From positions 482,685 through 546,684 of the forward strand of contig CAJFCJ010000005.1 in the NCBI GenBank assembly GCA_904063045.1: a DNA stretch of 64,000 bases, read 5' to 3'. Both the position numbers and the translations under genes were made by a program. Positions 62,501-64,000 of this stretch are shown here, one piece after another (positions within the stretch are counted from its first letter, which is position 1; every line of letters begins with the position of its first letter). The DNA comes from Dimorphilus gyrociliatus (lineage: Eukaryota > Animalia > Annelida). The notes below the pieces were generated by a model. It was given only the letters and a program-made list of their open reading frames with translations, had not been told where the DNA came from and made no database searches.

Positions 62501-63830
62501 CTCTCTCTTCCCCATCTCTATCTAATAGCTTTCTCTAATTACCTGTACACTGTTCATCGGATCCATCAATACAATTCTTTTCCCGATTACATACTTTAAC
62601 ACTATCAATACATTGTCCATTTTTGCATTGAAAGCTATAGTGATAATAGGAATAATAATGATAATTTAACTATAAAGTGCGTTTTTCTATTACTTTTTAA
62701 CTCGTGTGCAAGTTTTCTCTGAAAATGCAAACATTTGAATTAATTATAATATATTAATTAAGCAAACATACGGCAATTCCTTTCATCGCTGGCATCTTTA
62801 CAATCGGGAATATAATTGCAAATTAGATTTGTATTTATCTCTTCTCCGGAATCGCAAATGAAAGTATTTATATCTTTACAATTTAATTCGTCATTTCCGC
62901 TAGGACAATCTATTCTTTGATTGCATACATTCATTAGACTGATGCATATCAATTCTGGTTTGCATAGGAAAGTATTTTTGGGACATTCCTTAAAATTCGG
63001 CGTATTTAGAACGTCATATTGACTAAGATTATAGTTATGTAAAGCTGAAGAAATACAAAAAAGCAATGATCACTTTATCATTGTTATCCGTAATAAAAAA
63101 CTCATTTACAAACCGCCCACTCTCGATTCGCAAATAACCTGATTAAAGATGGAAAAATCACAAGGAAAAGACTTATAACCATTTTTTTGAATTGATCCGC
63201 AATCATATCCAAATATCCATGAAGTCATTTCTTCAAAATAGAAGTTTACATCATTAGCACATGTTGAAAAAGATGTTTCTGTTCTAATAGTTTAAAATAG
63301 ACATGTTATTTTTATAAAGAAAATATGATATTAATAATTATTATATGTTTTTCCAACAAGAAATATTTAGTTAACCATAGTCCAGAAATTTCTATAGGAA
63401 TTCCATTGCCAGATACTGTTACATTCTCATTGAAATTATTGACAATCATTGTCAAATCTATCAATTATTATCATTATTAATTGAACACTAAAAATTTTAA
63501 TTACCAATTGGATAATTGATATCACTTGTTTCTGTTATTTTTATAGTAAAATTAAATAATTAGGTCATTTATAGGTTAATTAATGATAAGATAGAGTTAT
63601 TGTTGTACGTTTATATTTTTACCTAGAAAAAGGAATTTCGTAGAAACATGATTAGTTTCTAAGTTAAACGCGATATAATTATGCATTAGCAATACAGCAA
63701 CAAAGTTTTCTATTGATGAAACTCTAAGAAGAGACATATTATTCTTCCTACATCTTGACTTTGCTTCAATATAACTAAAAGGATTCATTGAAGAAAGTAA
63801 CTTGTAGCATTTATTTTCAAAATTGAACAT
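59541..63830 (-). CDS. GRL101-like LDLa-LRR GPCR, paralogue B (5' part lies beyond the window)
   Basis: CTL-like NKCYKLL...SYIEAKSRC at 63597-63830. LDLa exons 63066-61962. LRR plus TM1-4 ORF 61826-60645. TM7 IPLNSVMNPFIY. Tail exons 60044-60001, 59943-59738, 59672-59541. Confidence 0.82.
60181..61178. repeat. 998-bp near-identical duplication, copy 2
   Basis: Matches 53937-54934; similarity drops abruptly on both sides. Confidence 0.92.
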
Positions 63831-64000
63831 ATCTTCATTTGAACAGCCTATATACAGTATACATTTTGAAACAAATCAATAAAGCTATTAACTAAATGGA
63901 ATATCCTTTAAACTAACTATTATTATTGGGCCATTTTTCACAATATATATATATATCCGATGTTTTTGATCGATCATTTAAATTGAATATTACGCAATCT

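Overview
Eukaryotic, very AT-rich, gene-dense DNA with many short GT-AG introns (about 44-70 nt). It is not bacterial. The gene content (GRL101-type LDLa-LRR GPCRs, MAM proteins, Cys-loop channel, Ly6 protein, ZYG11 family) points to an invertebrate with a compact genome. A miniaturised annelid such as Dimorphilus gyrociliatus is my guess only. Contents from left to right: (1) three ~1500-1600 aa NACHT-LRR (NLR-like) genes with no recognisable N-terminal effector domain, two of them head-to-head 123 bp apart; (2) small secreted genes, including a two-domain Ly6 protein; (3) a tRNA-Arg/tRNA-Phe cluster enclosing a GIY-YIG-like relic; (4) an uncharacterised gene, a secreted discoidin-like gene and a ZYG11-family gene; (5) an ~11.6 kb poly-MAM gene ending in an inactive trypsin domain; (6) an LTR-like element and two Cys-rich GPI-type paralogues; (7) more tRNAs, a peptide-type GPCR and a divergent Cys-loop channel subunit; (8) two tandem CTL-LDLa-LRR GPCR genes. 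These two share a ~1 kb near-identical tract, and both carry a hidden three-exon cytoplasmic tail resembling a kinase C-lobe remnant. All exon models were built by hand from splice signals and reading frames. No database searches were run, so family assignments rest on motif recognition.
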